DNA of 64,000 nucleotides from Nitrospirales bacterium (GTDB lineage: Bacteria; Nitrospirota; Nitrospiria; Nitrospirales; UBA8639): positions 864,001-928,000 of the forward strand of contig CBDCWC010000003.1 in NCBI GenBank assembly GCA_965223295.1, read 5' to 3'. Made by a program: the position numbers and the translations under genes. The notes under the pieces were generated by a model. That model did no database searches and was not told the DNA's origin. It was given only the letters and a program-made list of their open reading frames with translations. Positions 1 to 11,282 of this stretch are shown one piece after another; positions within the stretch are counted from its first letter, which is position 1, and each line of letters opens with the position of its first letter.

Positions 1-762
1 ACCTTCTGTTTCAATATGGATGGTTCTCCCGCAGTGCTTGCAATGCACGGCATCGGGGTCATGTCGTTTCAGTCCGCAATCGGGACAACCATATTCCACT
101 TTAGCCGGTCGAAAGACGGCCTGGAGGAGATGGAGAAATAATGCAACGCCCAATACCATGATCACGACTGCTAATAATCGCCCGATGTCTCCCGTCAGGG
201 TAATATCGCCAAAGCCAGTGGTCGTCAAGGTTGTCACCGTAAAATACAGGGCGTCCGTATACGTGCTAATTTGCGAATTCACATCATGCTGAAACACATA
301 AACCAGCGCTGTGACCACAAAAATAAACACAAAGAGGTTAATAACGCTGTGTATCACTTCTTCATTTCGGGCAAAAAACCGATACTGACTTCGGAGATCT
401 CTAAGAAGATGATACGACCGCAATAACCGGAGGGACCGAAACACTCGTAAGAATGCAAGGTTTTCAATGAATGCCGCAGCTAGCAACGCAAGGATGACCA
501 CGATATCCAGAAGGGAAATCGGCTGAATAAGGAAATTGAGGCGATTGCCAGAAAGAAACAATCTCGCAAGAAAATCTAAGCTCAGAACAATCGCGATCGT
601 AACGTCAATGGTGATAATCCAGGCAGATAACTCCACCATGGAGGTCACAATAAAAAAACTGATGGTAATGATATCGAACGCAATCAGCCCAAAACGAAAG
701 TAGACCGATGTCTTACTCGTTCCATAGTAGAGGTTATATAAGGAGTCTCTGAACGCAGACAT
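1..762 (-). CDS. Potassium channel family protein with C-terminal Cys-rich (zinc-ribbon-like) tail; 3' end runs off the window
   Basis: Not in ORF track. Manual translation from ATG at 762 (MSAFRDSLYNLYYG...) gives TM segments, the pore signature YFTVTTLTTTGFGDI and CPDCG...HCKHCG; the frame is still open at position 1. Confidence 0.88.
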   Translation of the reverse strand, partial: MSAFRDSLYNLYYGTSKTSVYFRFGLIAFDIITISFFIVTSMVELSAWIITIDVTIAIVLSLDFLARLFLSGNRLNFLIQPISLLDIVVILALLAAAFIENLAFLRVFRSLRLLRSYHLLRDLRSQYRFFARNEEVIHSVINLFVFIFVVTALVYVFQHDVNSQISTYTDALYFTVTTLTTTGFGDITLTGDIGRLLAVVIMVLGVALFLHLLQAVFRPAKVEYGCPDCGLKRHDPDAVHCKHCGRTIHIETEG

Positions 763-894
763 GCTGAAGATATTAAAAATCTAACGACAGGAGAACGCTA
801 AACAGTCAGCTATTGATTCACCAAGGATTAGCTTTCCATGCATAGATCGAGACCAATTTTGACTTGGGCAAAATAACAAGAACGCAAGAGCCTT

Positions 895-1428
895 CTACGA
901 TCTATTGGTATTTTTCAAAGTGATATCAACCATCATCTCGTCGGCGAGGCGCTCCAGAATAGTGCGGACCTGTTCGGAATCAGTCTGGGTAGGGAGGACG
1001 AGCTCTGTCTCGGCTCGAAAAATTCGTTCTCCTGACATAGGAGCACTTTCGACAACAGTCCGAAGATCTTGCATGCTGACGCCAAGAGCCGCCAACTTAC
1101 TCGAGATCTCTCGTACAATCCCAGGGCGGTCTTGTCCAACTAACTCCAGCTGTAACGAATTGTGATGATCGACACTGGCCAATGACCAGTCGCTGTCCAC
1201 CACACTCACGGAAAGCCCGCGGTCAGCCAGCATGGGAAGAGCCGCCATGAAGCTCTCCGTCTGATTTTCAGGTAGATGAATCTGGACGACTCCCGCGAAA
1301 TGTCCGGCCAAGCGCGCCATACGACTTTCGTCCCAACTCCCTTCATATTGCGCGATGACATCCGCCAGAGATTCAACCAGTCCAGGCCGATCTTTACCGA
1401 TGACTGTGAGAACTAATGCCCGAGTCAT
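895..1428 (-). CDS. GcvR-like tandem ACT-domain protein
   Basis: Two ACT repeats, LTVIGKDRPGLV and LELVGQDRPGIV. Confidence 0.85.
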   Translation of the reverse strand: MTRALVLTVIGKDRPGLVESLADVIAQYEGSWDESRMARLAGHFAGVVQIHLPENQTESFMAALPMLADRGLSVSVVDSDWSLASVDHHNSLQLELVGQDRPGIVREISSKLAALGVSMQDLRTVVESAPMSGERIFRAETELVLPTQTDSEQVRTILERLADEMMVDITLKNTNRS

Positions 1429-1677
1429 AGGGGCAGTCTAGACATTCACCCTGTCGCATTACAAGATCTAACCAAAAACCTGGTGCCACATCCGAATGTC
1501 TCTGTATAAGGAAGAACGAGAAGTCAAAGCGGCATGAACTCGACCTTGAAAGTGATGTAGCCCACAAAGAGGCTATTTTGGTGTGAGGATAAAAAGAAAC
1601 CTGTTTTTAGAAGATAGGGAATCGGGAAATGAGGGAATGACAAGAAAGTCACATGATTTTTTCGACCCTTCTTTCTT

Positions 1678-1865
1678 GGTCTGTTGAATAATTCAATTTC
1701 AAGTTACGTAAAGGCCTTCAGAGCATGGTGACTTCAATGCGACGGGAATGGTCAAAAAAGTCCGCCCAGCAAGGCCACAGCCCTTTATGCACGCGGAGCG
1801 TACTGGTTCCACGTGAGCACGGAACAATGGCGAGAACGCCGCTGGCGGCTTTTTTCAACATTCCC
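1678..1865. repeat. MITE-like element, copy 1 (core 1744-1865)
   Basis: Ends GGTCTGTTGAATAA...TTTTTCAACATTCCC; core is the near reverse complement of 23358-23478. Confidence 0.8.
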
Positions 1866-1973
1866 TTTCTCAAACCTGGAATAGCTCACAATTCCTGTCA
1901 CCTGTTGAACGCATAGCCAATTCCACACCTTTGCTTTTCATCTCAGAATGGAGAAAACATCGCTCAACTCTGG

Positions 1974-2720
1974 CTATCGCGTCGGTACGTCAAACACGAG
2001 GAATTCACAGCCATGAGAAATATCCAGGGAGAATTCTCGACTGTCTCGTATCCCAAAACCATCGCCTTTTACCAATTGCTGGCCCAAGACGGTCATTTGC
2101 CCATCGATGATATACACAAAGGCATGGTTTTCCGCTAACTTGGGTTGGTAGCTCAGGCTCTTGGAGTCTTGAAAATTTCCATAACTGATATACGCGTCCT
2201 GCTGGACAACCAAACTTCCGTCAACGCCATCAGGGGAAAGGACGCATACGAGATGGGACTCGTAGTCGCTTGGCTCAAAGTGTTTGCGATTAAAATTTGG
2301 TGGGAGATTTTTCGCTCGCGGTATCAACCATATTTGCAGCGCGCGCATCGTTTCGGTTTCGGAATTATTTTCTTCGTTATGAACAATGCCGCTTCCCGCT
2401 GTAATAATTTGTATACCTTTGGCTTGGAGGCATCCGTTATGAGACGCGTCATTGGGGTCAATGTGGTTAACTTCCCCTGACACCATGAAGGTCACGACCT
2501 CAACATCGTGATGCGGATGAAATCCGAATCCTTTTGCGGCGGGCTGCAAAACGCCATCATCAATGGTGATCAGTGCGCCGAATCTCTGTCGTTCTGGCGC
2601 GAAATTCGGCTTAAAACAGAGGTGTGCCTGCATAAACCCAAAATCTTCAAATTTCCTGGTGTTTGCTGGCAAAAAAATCGTATCGCGTTTCAAGTCAATG
2701 CTCCTGTTAATGGCCACCAC
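1974..2720 (-). CDS. Pirin family protein
   Basis: GFGFHPHHDVEVVT, TAGSGIVHNE and LQIWL motifs. Confidence 0.92.
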   Translation of the reverse strand: MVAINRSIDLKRDTIFLPANTRKFEDFGFMQAHLCFKPNFAPERQRFGALITIDDGVLQPAAKGFGFHPHHDVEVVTFMVSGEVNHIDPNDASHNGCLQAKGIQIITAGSGIVHNEENNSETETMRALQIWLIPRAKNLPPNFNRKHFEPSDYESHLVCVLSPDGVDGSLVVQQDAYISYGNFQDSKSLSYQPKLAENHAFVYIIDGQMTVLGQQLVKGDGFGIRDSREFSLDISHGCEFLVFDVPTR

Positions 2721-3294
2721 CTAATATTTCTTCGCCCAGAATTTTCATGAGCTTGCCACCATCTTCACTCGCCCAATTGACCGCGAGGTCGGCAATGATG
2801 GCACTCGTCGTCGTCAATTCCACGCCAGAACGTTCCATACGACGAAAGGCCATTTCATCGGTCAACGTGGTCGGAGAACCGGAGGCATCAACAACACCGT
2901 AGACTTCAAATCCCTCATCAGCGGCACTGATCGCTGGCGGGTCCAGACAGACGTCGGTGGTCACGCCGGCCATGAGCAATTGCTTACGGCCCGTGTCGCG
3001 GCACGCCCGCGCAAATCGCTCATCATCCCAACAATTGACGACACCGGGTCGTTTAATCCGAGCGCCAAACGCGTCGGGTGCGATCGTTTCAAGAGCAGGC
3101 ATTAACGGCCCCTGCATGTGATCTTCCTGACTGCTGGTGAAAACCAGCGGCATGTTCAGAGCCACCGCCACCTTCGCTAATGCTCGTGTGTTGGCTTCCA
3201 CAATTGATTTTTCGATTGATCCGATCCAGTTCATGGTGCCAATTTGATGATCGATCAGAATCATTGCCGCATCACTCGCTTTGGCCTTTTTCAT
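2707..3294 (-). CDS. Isochorismatase family hydrolase (YcaC-like)
   Basis: LIDHQ and AGVTTDVC (catalytic Cys) motifs. Confidence 0.9.
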   Translation of the reverse strand: MKKAKASDAAMILIDHQIGTMNWIGSIEKSIVEANTRALAKVAVALNMPLVFTSSQEDHMQGPLMPALETIAPDAFGARIKRPGVVNCWDDERFARACRDTGRKQLLMAGVTTDVCLDPPAISAADEGFEVYGVVDASGSPTTLTDEMAFRRMERSGVELTTTSAIIADLAVNWASEDGGKLMKILGEEILGGGH

Positions 3295-3381
3295 AGTCCT
3301 ATCTCCTCAAGAGGTTGATGTGTAAAATAGGATTGTTACATAGGGTTGAACACATTCGTAAGTAGGTACATTATGGGAACC

Positions 3382-3738
3382 ATGAAAAAAACAGCGAGAG
3401 CCCACATCCGATCAAAATTGCCTTCGGCAACAAACTGTCCGGTCGAAACCACTATTGAGGTGATTGGAGGGCGTTGGAAGTGCCCGATCATTGATCAGTT
3501 ACTGAAAGGGACGAAACGTTTTCAAGAGCTGCGGCGAGCGATTCCAGACGCCTCGCAACGAATGCTCACGAAACATCTGCGTGAGCTTGAACACGATGGG
3601 CTCATTTATAGGGAAGTCTATACCGAAGTACCACCACGGACAGAGTACTCGCTCACCCCGATGGGTCGATCGCTAAAACCGGTATTGAGGGCGATGGCAG
3701 AGTGGTCAATGACGAATATGGGCGCAAAGCTGGAGTGA
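3382..3738 (+). CDS. HxlR family winged-helix regulator
   Basis: CPVETTIEVIGGRWK...VPPRTEYSLT; divergent from the hydrolase-pirin pair; start codon uncertain. Confidence 0.92.
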   Translation: MKKTARAHIRSKLPSATNCPVETTIEVIGGRWKCPIIDQLLKGTKRFQELRRAIPDASQRMLTKHLRELEHDGLIYREVYTEVPPRTEYSLTPMGRSLKPVLRAMAEWSMTNMGAKLE

Positions 3739-3980
3739 GCGTCCAGCCAGAGCGCCTGTTGACCGACGGTAATTTTTTCGGCTATTCGTCACAGTTCGGC
3801 CAGAAGCAGCCATTGCTCTTGTTTGATACGAAGGCAAAACAGACAATCATTGTTCACAACAGAAACTGCCGTAAAGCAGTCCCGGTTGCTTGTACTGAGT
3901 ATGAGACATTATTTTCCGCAGAATTGTCGTCATATCTATGTCAGTACTTACTTTGATAAAGTCAGTAACCATCGTTCTTC

Positions 3981-4924
3981 CTACTCGTGTGTCAGATTTT
4001 TGCATACCTGCTCAATATGTCGATAATCGGTTCCACAACAGCCTCCCAATACGGTTATATGTGGGGCGAGGGATTTTAAGTTGGCAAGCTCTGCACCAAA
4101 TTGTGTTGGTTTCCCTCATCAAGGGTTTCTGATTCAATCAATTCCGCATGACTAGGGCAGGAGGCATTGCCCCGCAATCCTTTGACACGATTTAACCAAC
4201 TATCTTGTGCGTTAAAAAGATACGAAAAATGTGTGGGGTGCGCACAGTTAATCATATAGTAAGCCGGACCACGATCAGTAGCCTGGTCGACGGCATGTAT
4301 TGCCTGTTCTAGTGATTCACCTGTTGGAAGCTTGCCGTTGGTTTCGACGGTAAATGAAATGCACACGGGTAAGCCATATTCTTGAGCGGCTAGGGTAATG
4401 CCAATGGCCTCTTCAACGTAATTCAGCGTGAGGGCAGCTATCATGTCCGCATTAGATTTGGCGAACGTAGCGATTTGTGCTGAATGATAGTCTTGTGCTT
4501 TAGCCACCGTCATTTTTTGTGAGGGAATGTAGCCATCACCACGTGGGCCGAGGCAGCCACTGATCACAATCGGTGTATCCCCATTTTCATATCCCTCTCG
4601 AATATCTTCAATCAGTTTGACGGATTGAAGATTAAAGCTCTCGAGGACTTGTGGGGAATCGCCAATTTTATAGCTCCAATCTTTATTTGCCCTCCAGGTT
4701 GGTGTCTCAAGGATAAGCCCTAGTTGATAGCTCTGAGCCATTTCAGCGTAAGTTTTGTAGTAGTTAGATAGGGTTTTATAACCCTGTTGATGGCGCAATA
4801 AATCATAAGCAGCGAGTTCGGGTAAATCTAGTTGGTGGTGAAAAACTAGATCGGTTTTCATTCCGCCATCGGTAATACAGATTTTGTCATCTAGCTGCGG
4901 TAATTGTTGTGTGGTGATTCCCAT
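3981..4924 (-). pseudogene. Homocysteine S-methyltransferase family, frameshifted near the 3' end
   Basis: ITDGG, INCAHP motifs; the Zn-binding VLGGCCGTDYRHI continues in a different frame after ~4110 and ends at TAG 3981. Confidence 0.85.
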
Positions 4925-5143
4925 ATCATTGTCCTTCTTTTGAGTAGATGGTGTGCATAGAGTGAATAATTCAATGTGATCAGATTAGTCTTAGGACTGA
5001 ATTTTTCTAGTGAACTGCCGTTACTTTTTTTCATATTTTTAATAAACTACACTAAAGACGAGGGGATAGAGACTTGATAAGTAGGCACGTAAACCACTAA
5101 GGACCTCGGTGCTGCTAGAAACTTGACTCGGGGTAAAGTAAAT

Positions 5144-5752
5144 ATGGCCACAAAAGGTGAAGCGACCAAAGATCGATTACTGGATATAGCCGAGCGGCAT
5201 ATCCTTCAGAATGGTTTCGCTGCCACTTCAATAGATAATTTGATTAAGGAAGCCGGTATCACAAAGGGAGGGTTCTTCTATCACTTTAATGGGAAAAATG
5301 CCCTGGCCTATGCGTTGATGCAACGATACCGAGAGCGAGACGCGTTTTTATTCAGTGGCCTGTTCAAACGTGCCGAAGAACTGACCGACGATCCACTCCA
5401 GCAAATACTGGTGTTTGTCAAATTACTGGCTGAAATGATGGAGAATCTTGAGGGGCTTCAACCCCGGCTGCCTTGTGGTCTCGTTTACTACGAAAGTCAT
5501 CAAGTGAACGACGAAGTTCACAAGATCACAGCAGACAGTGTGATGGATTGGCGAAGATTATTCAGAGAGCAACTTGATAAAATCAATGCAAGATATACAG
5601 CAAATAGCGACACCACCAGTGATGATCTAGCCGATATGCTTTCAACGATCATCGAAGGTGGTATCGTCGTCTCGAGAGCGCTCAATGATCCTTCGATTTT
5701 GATAAAACAGCTACTGGAATACCGATCATTTGTTAACTTGTTGTATTCCTAA
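5144..5752 (+). CDS. TetR/AcrR family regulator with a local compensated frameshift
   Basis: HTH AGITKGGFFYHF; around 5460-5490 the family-typical PGCLVVSFT is read in an alternative frame. Confidence 0.85.
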   Translation: MATKGEATKDRLLDIAERHILQNGFAATSIDNLIKEAGITKGGFFYHFNGKNALAYALMQRYRERDAFLFSGLFKRAEELTDDPLQQILVFVKLLAEMMENLEGLQPRLPCGLVYYESHQVNDEVHKITADSVMDWRRLFREQLDKINARYTANSDTTSDDLADMLSTIIEGGIVVSRALNDPSILIKQLLEYRSFVNLLYS

Positions 5753-5942
5753 TATCAGCAATGAGGCACGCCGTTGTTCAGCCAGTAATCGCGAATGATC
5801 TACTTGAATGAGCCGTTATGCTTTCAGGTCTTGTTCCCTTATTTCTTTGCACACAGAATTCACCCTGGCCGCTTTGGGTCGAATAGCGAACATCTCCCAG
5901 CTCGATCCTAATCATTCCCCACTTAAAAAGGGGGCTATAATT

Positions 5943-6568
5943 ATGATTAGTTTCTCTCAAGCCGCACCAGCGTCAGCGCCTTGAAATAAAGGCCAACTCA
6001 TTGGGCAAAAACCGACCTTAAAACTCCGGGAGATCAGGGCAATCCGCATCAGACTGCAGCTCAAGAACGATCCACGAGAATTGGCCATGTTTAACTTGGC
6101 CATCGACGGTAAGTTACGCAGTTGTGATCTCGTGCACCTCAGGGTGCGAGATGTCTTTCATGGCCATAGGATTGCTCCGCGAGCCATGGTGCTACAGCAG
6201 AAAACCCACCAGCCGGTTCAATTTGAGATCACGGAACAAACCAGAGAGGCTCTCACCAACTGGTTGGGCTCCCATCATTATCGACCAGACGACTATCTGT
6301 TTCCGAGTCGCATCAATCGTTCGCATCATCTTTTCACCCGACAATAGGCCCGAATCGTTCACAAGTGGGTCGAAATGATGGGCCTTGATTCCGCACTCTA
6401 TGGCACACATTCATTGCGAAGGACAAAAGCCACGCTCATCTACCGGCGAACGAAAAATCTTCGAGCGGTGCAGCTCTTATTAGGCCACACCAAACTAGAA
6501 AGTACCCTTCGTTATCTGGGGATAGAAGTGGAGATGCACCGGAAATGGCGGAACAGACCGAGGTTTGA
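5943..6568 (+). pseudogene. Small (~200 aa) tyrosine recombinase, inactivated
   Basis: P*NKGQLIGQKP...KLRSCDL...TRQ*ARIV...HSLRRTKA...LLGH...LRY; TGA at 5982, TAG at 6345 and a frameshift near 6533 (alternative frame DAPEMAEQTEV*). Confidence 0.9.
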
Positions 6569-6614
6569 ACAAAAGGATGACTAGCGGCCTTGGATACAAG
6601 GTCGCTATCCGGCC

Positions 6615-8279
6615 CAGGCTGTGTAAAAACTTATCTCCCCCTCCCATTGCCACGCGCTAGGAGGCGCGTCAGCCCATCTCCTCTTGAGTGGTGCGTTGAG
6701 ACGAGCGTTTTTGCTTTGTGCCACTACGAGCCACCTGATGCATTACCCGTGGCCCTCATGTGCCAATTTTTGTGTGATAGGAGGGTGGCTCTCACATCTG
6801 GAATGCCTGAAGGAGCGGGGTCACACCGAATATCGCCAGCACCCGTTTGAAGTTGTACGCCAAGACATGCAAGCTCATCTCGGTGCGCACCTGCTTGAGG
6901 GTTTTGGTTTGAAAGTGGGTATATCCTATCCACGCTTTTAAGGTGCCAAATGGATGCTCGACCGTTTGTCGTCGCGTGCGCATCCGCTCCGGTTCTCGAT
7001 CCAGGCGGGCTTCTGGGGCTTCCAGTACGGCTTCATGTTCCCAGCGTGTTATTCGCCGGTACTGACTGGTCGTGCATTGCGACTTGATAGGGCAGGTCGG
7101 ACAGTGGGATGACCAGTATTTGTGGAGCGTTAAGCCTTTCTCCTCTGTCTCGAATCGCCAGACCAAGCGTTTACCAGCCGGGCATGCATATTCATTTTCG
7201 TCTGCGTGGTACATGAAGTCGCGTTTGCTGAACAAGCCTTTTTTGGTGCTTCCCGATGTTTGAGGTTTGGGGAGATACGTCGTGATCTGGGACTGCTCAC
7301 AGGCCAGGAGTTCTTCACTGGTGAGGTATCCTCGATCAGCGACCACCTCAAGCGTTTCCGCTCCGATGGCCTCCTTCGCGTGTTGTGCCATGGGGTGCAA
7401 CTGGTGACGATCGCTGCCGGCATTGGTCACCTCATGCGCCACAATCATATGGTGCTCCACATCCACGGCCGTTTGGACGTTATACCCGACGATGCCGGTG
7501 CCCCGCGCTTTCATTGATCGAGCATCCGGGTCCGTTAATGAAATCTGTTGATCTGGCGCGTGATGTAGCTGGACTTCGAGTTTCTTGAGGCGGGCCATTT
7601 CTGTCTTCAGGGCCGTGATCTTGTCCTCGAGCCGTTGAGTCTTTTCATTGGCCACAGTCGCTTCTTGGCGATCCGCACTGGCGATCTGGCTCAGATACCG
7701 GGCAATGCTTTCATCAATCTGTTGCAACCGACATTTCATCTTGGCGGCGGTGAAGTTCTTGTCTCGGTTATTGACGGCCTTGAACTTACTGCCGTCAATG
7801 GCGACGAAGACGTCGGCAAACAGATTGAGCTTCTTGCACAGCAGAATGAACTCGCGACAGACCAAGCGGATGGCGGCGCCATTGTTCTTACGAAAATCAG
7901 CGATGGTCCTAAAGTCTGGGGCTAAGCGGCCAGTGAGCCACATGAGCTCCACGTTGCGGTGGGCTTCGCGTTCCAGGCAACGACTGGACTGCACTCGGTT
8001 GAGATACCCGTAGACATAGAGCTTGAGCAGGGTCCTTGGATGGTAGCCTGGGCGACCCGTGTCTTTCGAATGGGTTTCGAAGCCCAGCCCGGAGAGATCG
8101 AGGTCGTCAATGAAGACATCGATCACTCGAACGGCGTTGTCTTCAGCAATGTACTCATCCAATCGTTCGGGAAACAAGGTCGCTTGATGCCGATCGGTCC
8201 CTTGAACAAATCCGCTCATTCATGACACCTCCGTAGGAAAACCCTATTATACTCTCCCACCGAGTTTTCACACAGTCTG
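6615..8279 (-). mobile_element. IS1182 family insertion sequence
   Basis: Inverted repeats CAGGCTGTGTAAAAACT / AGTTTTCACACAGTCTG, flanked by a GGCC duplication (6611-6614, 8280-8283). Confidence 0.9.
6792..8219 (-). CDS. IS1182 family DDE transposase
   Basis: GRPGYHP, PDFRTIADFRK, IDGSK, TDPDAR, ADRGY and VEHPFGTLK motifs; single open frame. Confidence 0.95.
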   Translation of the reverse strand: MSGFVQGTDRHQATLFPERLDEYIAEDNAVRVIDVFIDDLDLSGLGFETHSKDTGRPGYHPRTLLKLYVYGYLNRVQSSRCLEREAHRNVELMWLTGRLAPDFRTIADFRKNNGAAIRLVCREFILLCKKLNLFADVFVAIDGSKFKAVNNRDKNFTAAKMKCRLQQIDESIARYLSQIASADRQEATVANEKTQRLEDKITALKTEMARLKKLEVQLHHAPDQQISLTDPDARSMKARGTGIVGYNVQTAVDVEHHMIVAHEVTNAGSDRHQLHPMAQHAKEAIGAETLEVVADRGYLTSEELLACEQSQITTYLPKPQTSGSTKKGLFSKRDFMYHADENEYACPAGKRLVWRFETEEKGLTLHKYWSSHCPTCPIKSQCTTSQYRRITRWEHEAVLEAPEARLDREPERMRTRRQTVEHPFGTLKAWIGYTHFQTKTLKQVRTEMSLHVLAYNFKRVLAIFGVTPLLQAFQM

Positions 8280-8347
8280 GGCCAATAGCGGACATGTTAA
8301 TTTGTGCTTCTTACTGACACTGTCGGTATGGGGGAATTAGTTGTGGC

Positions 8348-9348
8348 TCATTCTGCCCTTGTGCTGGAATGTAGGAGTGGCTTGGAAGATCGATATTCAT
8401 AAGGGGCTTTCCCTGTGTGTCGTCGAATGAGTTGACGAAGTGCCGCTGGATGTGAATAACCAACCTGATTGGAGATTATTTCAAAGTTAAGATTGGTTGT
8501 CTGAAGAAGTTGGATTGCACGTTCCACGCGAATACGTTGGATAAACTTATTGCAAGATATTCCAGTTGCCTCAATCATGCGCCGAGCCAACGTTCTTGGA
8601 CTCACACCAACTCCCCTCGCTATTTGAGCTACCGTTATTGGCTGTTCTACATGCTGTCTTATCCAAATTTCTGCTCTTCGCGTCTCGTCGTTACTTCTGG
8701 CCAAAAAATGAGAAACCCCAAAGCGTGCTTGAGAGTTTCGCCCGTCAAGAAGCAAGAACTTTGCGACCGCATCACTTAGGTTGGGGCCAGATAAAAGTCC
8801 TAATAACGTTAGAGCCAAGTCCATATGGGCCATGGCCGCGCCCCCACAAATAAGCGAGTCTTCCTGTGTCACCATGGTCTCAAGCTGGAGTCGAACATTG
8901 GGGTATTGATCTCGAAAATCTTTTGCCAACCACCAAGACGTGGTTGCTAAGCGATGATCTAGAAGACCAGTTTCGGCCAGAATAAATGTAGAAGTGCAGG
9001 AGGCAGCAATGCTGCTCCCGTTTTCATATTGGTGCAGTAGCCACCTAATAGCAGCGCGCGTATTTTTTCCCCAAGAGAAGCATTCATCGATTGCCCATCA
9101 AATAACTCCAAGCCCGGTATAACAATAACGTCTGCGAGCAATCCGTCCTGAATCGTTATGTCTGCTAAAATCTGTTGGCCACTACCAGTCGTAATGCGTT
9201 TTTTCCCAACACAAATTATTTGTAGAGTAAATGGCAAAAACCCGGAGTCTCCTTTAGCCATTTGGGCACCCATGCGAAGAACATCATGGGTTAAGGAAAA
9301 AGCCGAATCGAACACTTGATCTAAGACTAAAATCCCAACAGTTTTCAC
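8348..9348 (-). pseudogene. GlxA-type (DJ-1 plus AraC) regulator, frameshifted
   Basis: N-terminal half in ORF 8959-9384, C-terminal AraC HTH in ORF 8348-8929; the bridging ASCTSTFILAETGLLD...ATTSWW is in the downstream frame after a shift near 9065. Confidence 0.82.
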
Positions 9349-9607
9349 AAAAAACAAACTACCTAACCTCATGGGAAATAACAATAACTCCTCGAGACTT
9401 TACGGTGCGTTTACTCCAATATTTTGGCTAATTGACAATATTAATCGGATTTTGTCCATTTTGAATTCTTGCAAAAGGAGCCTCGTTTTCTAATAATAAT
9501 TTCAAGAGGTTTACGTAAGATTGGCAACAGAAATTCTGTTCTACCCATGAACATATTTGAAAGAAATTTTAATCGTCTTAGCCATTTTATTTGTCCTGCC
9601 ATTTTGA

Positions 9608-9955
9608 ATGTTTGAAATAAATAAATTCGTTTACAAAGACCTCTCAATTGAACTGTCTCTGATCGGACGTCTTGATCGGAATGCTAAACAAGATTTTCAA
9701 AAGGAGATACAAAAATCTCAATGCATGAGACCCCAGAAAATTTATATCAACCTTGTCGAAGTTTCTTCCATTGATTGCGTGGGCGTGGGTATGTTGGCAT
9801 CAGCGCACACTAGCTCAAGGCAACTTCAGATTGCCATTGTACTTATCGTGACTAAGGGACATGTTCTGCAAACCCTAGAGATAGCTGGAATTAAGAGAAT
9901 ATTGCCTGTGATTTACGGCGATCATCACAATAACTTCCCCTTGAACCTACTTTGA
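9608..9955 (+). CDS. STAS-domain anti-sigma factor antagonist
   Basis: LIGRLD...INLVEVSSIDCVGVGML; Cys occupies the usual phospho-Ser position. Confidence 0.75.
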   Translation: MFEINKFVYKDLSIELSLIGRLDRNAKQDFQKEIQKSQCMRPQKIYINLVEVSSIDCVGVGMLASAHTSSRQLQIAIVLIVTKGHVLQTLEIAGIKRILPVIYGDHHNNFPLNLL

Positions 9956-10079
9956 ATTTTTATCTTAATCCTCTCTCTTTCATATGAACTCAACGAATGG
10001 ACTATCGTTTTGGGACGTATGTCTTTTGAATTTTCTGACCGCATAGATAGCGAATTATGTAATCCCTGTTGATCAATAA

Positions 10080-10304
10080 ATGGCCAATTCGATGGGATTT
10101 GAGCCATGTGTTGGCTTTTTACGGAAACTTTTGATGACTGAAGAGGATGCTGTGAAGTTAAGAGAAAAATGGAAAAAGATCTATAAGGGCAGGACGTGTC
10201 AACATAGGCAATTGGTAAATAGTTTAAAATCAAATGAAGGAAAATCGCTAGATGTTTGGATTTGTATGGAATGTGGAAAAATTCTAGAAAACTCTCAATC
10301 ATGA
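10080..10304 (+). CDS. Small hypothetical protein with CxH...CxxC (possible Zn binding)
   Basis: TCQH...WICMECG; start uncertain. Confidence 0.5.
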   Translation: MANSMGFEPCVGFLRKLLMTEEDAVKLREKWKKIYKGRTCQHRQLVNSLKSNEGKSLDVWICMECGKILENSQS

Positions 10305-10478
10305 ATTTCAGTGATCATAGTCAAAAGCTAAGACGGAGGAATTTGGTGAATAAACTAATTAAGCTGGATCAAGCTTTCCTAATGTCCACTGTGGGTCGAG
10401 AGCCGGCCAAAAGCGAGCACAATAGAATGAACTGTTGAGCGTTTTAAAAGACCTGTTAGATTACTTATTGGGAGTACC

Positions 10479-10511
10479 ATGTAACCGAATCCCATATTCG
10501 GTTACATTTTA
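10479..10511. terminator. Perfect 12-bp hairpin (terminator or REP-like) between convergent genes
   Basis: ATGTAACCGAAT-CCCAT-ATTCGGTTACAT followed by a T run. Confidence 0.55.
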
Positions 10512-10611
10512 TACAAAAAGAACGAGCCTCTTATCCGTGTCGTACAAAAGGCCCGGTTCCAAGAAAATAGTTTAGTGTGTGGGTTGATTCTCTGTCGCCC
10601 TGATGCTCCGG

Positions 10612-11070
10612 TTATTTTTCTACTAAATGGAGATTCTCGATAATTCCCCCATCAAACCGAATAAACTGGTCTTTGGAGCCAAACCTAAAGATGCCGGAGG
10701 AATACATCACGTTATTCGTAAAATTGAAAATTAAGGTGGTATAGTCAGGATGTGACTCTTCTAACCAACTGACCATATACAGCCTTTCACCAATTTTTCG
10801 AGATTGATAGGGCAGATCTTGATTCTTATGCCCTGTTCTTGGTCCCACAATCCATTCATATTTCAGCATTCCATCATAGAGCTCTAGATGAATTCCTCCC
10901 CCATTTTGATAATAATAGTTCATGGAGGTCCCATCTAATAAATGTTCGGCTTGCCTTGCCTCCGCCTCTTGCCTGGCTTCTGCTAACGACGTATCTCCTG
11001 GTGTTTCCTCCGCGAACACGTGACTCGTACATGCAAATGTAATCAAACTGGCGACAATTATTGTTTTCAT
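10612..11070 (-). CDS. Exported MoaF/phenolic-acid-decarboxylase-like beta-barrel protein
   Basis: Signal peptide; YYYQNG...YQSRKIGERLYMVSWLE pattern. Confidence 0.65.
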   Translation of the reverse strand: MKTIIVASLITFACTSHVFAEETPGDTSLAEARQEAEARQAEHLLDGTSMNYYYQNGGGIHLELYDGMLKYEWIVGPRTGHKNQDLPYQSRKIGERLYMVSWLEESHPDYTTLIFNFTNNVMYSSGIFRFGSKDQFIRFDGGIIENLHLVEK

Positions 11071-11282
11071 ACGACACTCCTAGTTGGGCTTGTAGTGAAT
11101 GCAGGAAAAACGGTCTCTCTAAATATTGTAACCTTGGGCAGAAGGCCCGAGTTCTTTGCGGCTAAGCGACGCTCTGAATCATGCATCCGCCGCAAGCCCC
11201 CAACGTTGTCTCAGGAAAAAATCTCTGGATTGCGGATAAATAGTTTACATGATGTGGGATGTAGTAACGCACTGTCGTGAAA

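Noticed and set aside
1725-1916. Short ORF here and at 23365-23553
   Set aside because: Both are translations of the MITE.
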